From Chthoniobacterales bacterium (GTDB taxonomy: Bacteria; Verrucomicrobiota; Verrucomicrobiia; Chthoniobacterales; Chthoniobacteraceae), in assembly GCA_038207335.1 (NCBI GenBank), contig JBBQZX010000045.1, positions 1-12,000 of the forward strand: a stretch of DNA of 12,000 bases, given 5' to 3'. A program made the position numbers and the translations under genes. Below the pieces are notes generated by a model. It searched no databases, had not been told where the DNA came from, and saw only the letters and a list, made by a program, of their open reading frames with translations. Positions within the stretch are counted from its first letter, which is position 1. The number at the start of each line of letters is the position of its first letter. Of this stretch, positions 7,689-12,000 are shown in pieces.

Positions 7689-8300
7689 ATGGACGCCAGC
7701 GCGATGACCACGCCATTCGCCGCCTTCGTCGTCGGCCTCGTCACGAGCCTGCACTGCGCGGTGATGTGCGGGCCGCTCGTCTGCGCACTGCGCGTGCGGC
7801 CCGCGGAGTATCATCTCGGCCGGCTCGTTTCTTACACGGCCGTCGGCGCGCTCGCGGGCGCGGCGGGCAGCGGCGTGGCCGGATTTTTCAAAGGCAACGT
7901 CTCGCATTTTCTCCCATGGATTCTCGCGGCTGTGCTGCTGCTGATCGGGCTCGGACTCGAAAAGCGGTTGCCACAACCGCGGTTTTTTTCCGCGCTGCTG
8001 CTGCGCCTGCGGCTGCAACGCTCGCTCGGCTGGCTCACCCCGCTCCTGCCGTGCGGCCCCCTTTGGCTCATGATCGGCGCGGCGGCCGTGGCCGGTTCGT
8101 GGCACGCCGGCGCGGTGCTCATGGCAAGCTTCGTCGCCGGCACCATCCCGCTGCCGTGGCTGGTGCAGGCGCAGGCCGCGAATTTGCAGCGCCGCTTTTC
8201 TCCATTCGCGCTCCGCTGGACGCAACAGGGCATCGCTCTCGTCTCCGCCGCGCTGCTCATCTGGCGCGCCACGCTTCCGATTTATGCGAGCTGCCATTGA
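7689..8300 (+). CDS. DsbD_2 / TauE-SafE-like membrane protein associated with cbb3 clusters
   Basis: GLVTSLHCAVMCGP, YHLGRLVSY, LLPCGPLW, MASFxAGTIP and a C-terminal CH, with multiple TM segments. Confidence 0.85.
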   Translation: MDASAMTTPFAAFVVGLVTSLHCAVMCGPLVCALRVRPAEYHLGRLVSYTAVGALAGAAGSGVAGFFKGNVSHFLPWILAAVLLLIGLGLEKRLPQPRFFSALLLRLRLQRSLGWLTPLLPCGPLWLMIGAAAVAGSWHAGAVLMASFVAGTIPLPWLVQAQAANLQRRFSPFALRWTQQGIALVSAALLIWRATLPIYASCH

Positions 8301-10638
8301 GGGAAAGGTCTGCATCCACTGCGGCACGTCGTTCCGCCCGAACGCGCATCGTCCCGACTTCTGCTGCGCCGGTTGCCAGTTCGTCCACGACCTGATCGCG
8401 AAGAACAACCTCGGCCAGTTCTACGACTTGCAGGAAGGCGGCGCGCAGCCGGTGAAGTCGCTCGTATTTCAAAAGCGCGACTACGCCTGGCTCGGTGATC
8501 TCGCGCGCGCCGCCGAAACCGACGCCGCCCGCGGAGCCGCTCTGTGCCTTGATCTGCAAGGCATCTCCTGCATCGGCTGCGTCTGGCTCATCGAAAAACT
8601 CTTCGCGAAAAAACCGGGCGCGCTCACGATCCGCGTCGATCCCACGCTCGGCAAAATCGAACTCCGCTGGCAGGTCGGCGAGTTCGATGTCGTCGCGTTC
8701 GCGCGGGAAATTCAGTCGTTCGGCTACCTCGTCGGTCCGCCCGGAAAGGCTGATGCCCACAGCAATCGCGGGCTGCACATCCGGCTCGGCCTCTGCGCCG
8801 CGCTCGCGCTGAACACGATGCTTTTCACGCTGCCGGGCTATCTCGGAATGAGCGCGGATTTTCAATTCGCGCCGCTCTTTCACCGGCTCCAGCTCATTCT
8901 CGGCACGCTCAGTTTCGCTATCGGCGGCAGCTACTTTTTCAGGCGCTCCTGGCACAGCCTGCGCCAGCGCGTGCTGCACATCGACCTGCCGATTTCGCTC
9001 GGACTCGGCGCCGCGTATGCCGGCTCGGTCTTCGCGTGGACGCGCGGCGCACAGGGGTTCGTCTATTTCGATTTCGTCGCGACGTTCACCTTCCTGATGC
9101 TCGTCGGTCGCTGGCTCCAGCAAAAGGCCGTCGAACGCAATCGCCACCAACTCCTCGCCGCGCAAGGCGACCCGATGCCCGTGCGCGACGCGGCGACCGG
9201 CGGAAAGCTGCCGGTCGCGACGATCAGCTCTGGCACAGCATTCGCGGTCGATCCTGGCCAGACCGTGCCCGTCCGCGCGCTGCTCCGATCCGAGGCCGCC
9301 ACGCTCGGCATGGAGTGGATCAGCGGCGAAAGCGAAGCCGCCGTCGCGCGACGCGGACGCATCGTCGCGGCGGGGTCGGTGAACTGCGGCCAAGCCTCCA
9401 TCGAACTCGAAGCGCTGGAGTCATGGAGCGAATCGCTGCTCGCGAAATTGCTCCACATCGCTCCCGGTTCTGCTCCGCGCGATCTCGCGCTGGAGCGCTT
9501 CATCCGCGGCTACATCGTCATCGTCGTCGGCATCGCGCTGGCGGGATTCGCGGGCTGGTGGGTCGTGCGCGGCGAGGTGCTCCCCGCGCTCCAAGTGCTC
9601 ATCTCCGTCCTCGTCGTCTCGTGCCCCTGCGCGTCCGGCGTCGCGCTCCCGCTCACCCGCGATCTCGCCACTTCGCAGCTCCGTTGCCTCGGCGTCTTCA
9701 TCCGCGAATCCGAAGTCTGGTCGAGGCTCGATCGCGTGCGTCACGTCGTCTTCGACAAAACCGGCACGCTCACTCTCGAAGCCATGTCGCTGCGCAATCC
9801 AGAAGCGCTTCACCAACTCACGCACGCCGAGCGATCCGTGCTTCTTTCGATCGTGCAGGAGAATTTGCATCCCGTCAGCGGATGCCTGCGCGAGCATTTG
9901 CTGGCCGACGGCGTCGAACCCGCCAACCGCCGACCGGTGGCGGAAACGATCGGCTTCGGTTTGGAGTTGGGGCACGCCGATTCGGCATGGCGGCTCGGCC
10001 GGCCGGAATGGGCCGGTGGCGTAGCAGGCGATTGCGTCTTCTCCCGCGACCGCGAAGTGCTGGCCGCATTCCATTTCGGCGAAGAAGCCCGCGCCGACGC
10101 AGTCGAAGAAATCGCCACGCTCCGCCAGCGCGGTTGCCGTGTCTCGATCCTCAGTGGTGATCGCCGTTCCAAAGTCGATGCGATGGCCGACCGCCTCCAC
10201 CTTCCGCGCGCCGACTGCCACGCCGAAATGTCGCCGGAAGAAAAAGCTGACTGGCTCGGCCGCAACGACCACCGCGACACCCTCTTCATCGGTGATGGCG
10301 CGAACGATTCGCTCGCCTTCGACGCGGCGTGGTGCGCCGGCACGCCCGCCATCGACCGCGGCCTACTCGAACAAAAAGCCGACTTTTATTTCCTCGGACG
10401 CGGTCTCAACGGCGTCCGCGCACTCCTCCACACCGCCGCCCGCCGCCGCCTCACCGCGCGTGCCGTCGTCGCCTTCGCGCTCGCCTACAATTTCTTCGCC
10501 ATCACTTTTTGTCTCGCTGGCCGCATGAACCCACTCCTCGCCGCCATCCTAATGCCCGCCAGCTCGCTCGTCTCTCTTGCCATTGTCTTCGCCGGTTTGC
10601 GTTCTGCACGATTGGTCGATCGCATCCCGGCGGAATGA
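8284..10638 (+). CDS. ccoI: Copper-translocating P1B ATPase CcoI/FixI
   Basis: N-terminal CxHC...FCCxGC domain, HMA-like GISCIGC, TM CPC (9622-9630), DKTGT, HP and GDGAND. YN and MxxSS in the last helices are the Cu+ P1B-1 signature. The gene lies in a cbb3 cluster. Confidence 0.92.
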   Translation: MRAAIEGKVCIHCGTSFRPNAHRPDFCCAGCQFVHDLIAKNNLGQFYDLQEGGAQPVKSLVFQKRDYAWLGDLARAAETDAARGAALCLDLQGISCIGCVWLIEKLFAKKPGALTIRVDPTLGKIELRWQVGEFDVVAFAREIQSFGYLVGPPGKADAHSNRGLHIRLGLCAALALNTMLFTLPGYLGMSADFQFAPLFHRLQLILGTLSFAIGGSYFFRRSWHSLRQRVLHIDLPISLGLGAAYAGSVFAWTRGAQGFVYFDFVATFTFLMLVGRWLQQKAVERNRHQLLAAQGDPMPVRDAATGGKLPVATISSGTAFAVDPGQTVPVRALLRSEAATLGMEWISGESEAAVARRGRIVAAGSVNCGQASIELEALESWSESLLAKLLHIAPGSAPRDLALERFIRGYIVIVVGIALAGFAGWWVVRGEVLPALQVLISVLVVSCPCASGVALPLTRDLATSQLRCLGVFIRESEVWSRLDRVRHVVFDKTGTLTLEAMSLRNPEALHQLTHAERSVLLSIVQENLHPVSGCLREHLLADGVEPANRRPVAETIGFGLELGHADSAWRLGRPEWAGGVAGDCVFSRDREVLAAFHFGEEARADAVEEIATLRQRGCRVSILSGDRRSKVDAMADRLHLPRADCHAEMSPEEKADWLGRNDHRDTLFIGDGANDSLAFDAAWCAGTPAIDRGLLEQKADFYFLGRGLNGVRALLHTAARRRLTARAVVAFALAYNFFAITFCLAGRMNPLLAAILMPASSLVSLAIVFAGLRSARLVDRIPAE

Positions 10639-10663
10639 CGCGACTCAGATGCGAACCACGCTC

Positions 10664-10720
10664 CATTTCCGCTGCCATTCGGTCGATGGCAAAAGAGGCA
10701 AGATTGGCCCGGAGCTGACG
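10664..10720 (+). pseudogene. Possible decayed cytochrome c fragment
   Basis: Reads HFRCHSVDGKRGKIGPELT, matching CxxCH-x3-GxGGx(I/V)GP(D/E)LT except for the first Cys and one Gly. No intact gene context. Confidence 0.4.
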
Positions 10721-10751
10721 CGGCGGCGCCACGGGGCGCTTCGCCGCCGCG
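10719..10751. repeat. GC-rich inverted repeat (10-bp stem, 13-nt loop) downstream of ccoI
   Basis: CGCGGCGGCG (10719-10728) and CGCCGCCGCG (10742-10751) are exact reverse complements. There is no U-tract, so it is not called an intrinsic terminator. Confidence 0.6.
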
Positions 10752-10957
10752 CGCAAATGCAAAAACGCCGCCATTCAAGACCAAGAGTCCGCGCTGATGG
10801 ACAAGGCGCGTATCGAGAGTTGGACCTGGGCTTAGCGATTTGCGGCAGTGGCGTGGTTGCGTGCATCACGGCAAAAGAGATGCGGGGGGCAAGCGCTTGT
10901 TTGTCTCGCCGGCGGAGGGTGACAAAGGTAGCCGCGTTGGAATGGGAGACGGGGCTT

Positions 10958-10966
10958 AAGGAGAGG
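10958..10966 (+). promoter_or_regulatory. Shine-Dalgarno-like sequence for the second P-type ATPase
   Basis: AAGGAGAGG ends 11 nt before ATG 10978. Confidence 0.5.
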
Positions 10967-10977
10967 AACCCCAACTG

Positions 10978-12000
10978 ATGCCTGCGGAGCTACGTGGTCG
11001 CTTTTCGCAATCCATGTCCGCGGTCTGGCGACGCAGGACGACGGTTATCGCGGGGATTGCTGTCGCGGCGATTGTCGCGCATCTCCTGCTGCGTTTCGCT
11101 TTTCATAAGAGTCCGGGCGCTTACCAGATTCCGCTGCTGGCTACCCTCGCTCTCGGTGGTATCCCGCTCGTCTATGAACTCTTCAGAAAACTGCTGAGGC
11201 GCGAGTTCGGGTCCGATCTGCTCGCGGGGCTTTCGATTGTTACTTCCGTCGTGCTGGGAGAATACCTCGCCGGAACCATCGTGGTGTTGATGCTGTCGGG
11301 GGGGGAGGCTTTGGAAAGCTATGCGTTGCGGAGCGCGTCTTCGGTGCTGAGGGCTTTGGCGAAAAGGATGCCTTCCATCGCGCATCGCAAACGTGATTCG
11401 GCGATCAGCGATGTGGCGCTGGATGAAATCGCGGTGGACGATACGCTCGTGGTTTATCCGCACGATATTTGTCCGGTCGATGGAACGGTGATCGAGGGTA
11501 ATGGCGTGATGAATGAGGCGTTCCTGACCGGCGAACCGTTTCAGATTACGAAGGCACCCGGTTCCGCGGTCATTTCCGGTGCGGTGAATGGGGAAGCGGC
11601 GCTGACGATCTCCGCGATCCGCCGGGCGGTGGATTCCCGCTATGCCAAGATCATGGAAGTGATGCGCGAGTCCGAGCAGAACCAACCCAAGCTGCGGCGG
11701 CTCGGCGATCAGTTGGGAGCGATCTACACGCCAGTCGCGGACGCCATTGCCATCGCCGCGTGGGTGATCAGCGGCGAACCCATCCGCTTCCTCGCCGTGC
11801 TGGTGATCGCCACGCCTTGTCCCTTACTCATCGCGATTCCTATCGCCATCATCGGCTCCATCTCGCTGGCGGCGCGGCGTTCCATCATTATCAAGAACCC
11901 CGCGGTGCTTGAACAAATCTCCGGCTGCCGCACCGCCATTTTCGATAAGACGGGGACACTGACTTATGGCGAACCCAAGCTAACCGAACAACTCATCGCA
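10978..12000 (+). CDS. Heavy-metal-translocating P1B ATPase with TPCP motif (P1B-5-like), 3'-truncated by window edge
   Basis: Open frame of 341 codons from ATG 10978 (alternative ATG 11014), absent from the ORF track because it has no stop in the window. It contains [41 protein letters not shown] and FDKTGTLT. There is no N-terminal metal-binding domain. Confidence 0.92.
   Translation, partial: MPAELRGRFSQSMSAVWRRRTTVIAGIAVAAIVAHLLLRFAFHKSPGAYQIPLLATLALGGIPLVYELFRKLLRREFGSDLLAGLSIVTSVVLGEYLAGTIVVLMLSGGEALESYALRSASSVLRALAKRMPSIAHRKRDSAISDVALDEIAVDDTLVVYPHDICPVDGTVIEGNGVMNEAFLTGEPFQITKAPGSAVISGAVNGEAALTISAIRRAVDSRYAKIMEVMRESEQNQPKLRRLGDQLGAIYTPVADAIAIAAWVISGEPIRFLAVLVIATPCPLLIAIPIAIIGSISLAARRSIIIKNPAVLEQISGCRTAIFDKTGTLTYGEPKLTEQLIA

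Noticed and set aside
3140..10352. Many long antisense and alternate-frame ORFs (e.g. 3140..4144 -, 5403..6263 -, 8257..9393 -, 9036..10160 +)
   Set aside because: These are shadow ORFs of GC-rich genes. They are Arg/Ala/Pro-rich, have no motifs, and overlap well-supported CDSs.
10719..10765. Intrinsic terminator after ccoI
   Set aside because: The stem is strong but is followed by A-rich rather than U-rich sequence, and there is no suitable tract for the minus strand either.
10860..10960. yybP-ykoY, NiCo or c-di-GMP riboswitch ahead of the ATPase
   Set aside because: Only short isolated words (GTAGC, GAGAC, GGCAAA) are present, without the expected consensus spacing or stems. An Rfam scan would be needed.
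10577..10978. 133-aa ORF as an intact gene
   Set aside because: It overlaps ccoI, is Arg-rich, and has no signal peptide or complete CxxCH. Only the short cytochrome-like segment is retained as a possible relic.
10990..11939. Minus-strand ORFs 10990..11685 and 11724..11939
   Set aside because: They are antisense to the clear + strand P-type ATPase frame.
1..12000. CRISPR arrays, tRNA/rRNA, IS elements, integrases
   Set aside because: I saw no spaced repeats, RNA gene signatures, transposase motifs or terminal repeats.

Overview
GC-rich bacterial DNA with every credible gene on the + strand. The gene content and order suggest a PVC-group organism, probably Verrucomicrobia (inference). There are three blocks. 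(1) 1-2586: the 3' end of an SCO/SenC copper chaperone, a monohaem cytochrome c lipoprotein (planctomycete cytochrome c-like), and a grpE - cbpA-type dnaJ - cbpM-like co-chaperone set with no dnaK in between. (2) 2790-10638: a complete cbb3-type cytochrome c oxidase cluster. It comprises a small CcoS/CcoQ-like membrane peptide, fused ccoNO, ccoQ, monohaem ccoP, ccoG, a 47-aa CcoH-like peptide, a DsbD_2/TauE-like membrane protein and a ccoI Cu-ATPase. Three of these small genes are not given as such in the ORF track. (3) 10639-12000: a structured spacer holding a probable decayed cytochrome c fragment, then the 5' part of a second P1B ATPase with a TPCP motif (P1B-5 type), also absent from the ORF track. 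Most components belong to known families. The points of interest are the variant architecture and the co-location, not a demonstrably new system. I found no RNA genes, CRISPR arrays or mobile elements.
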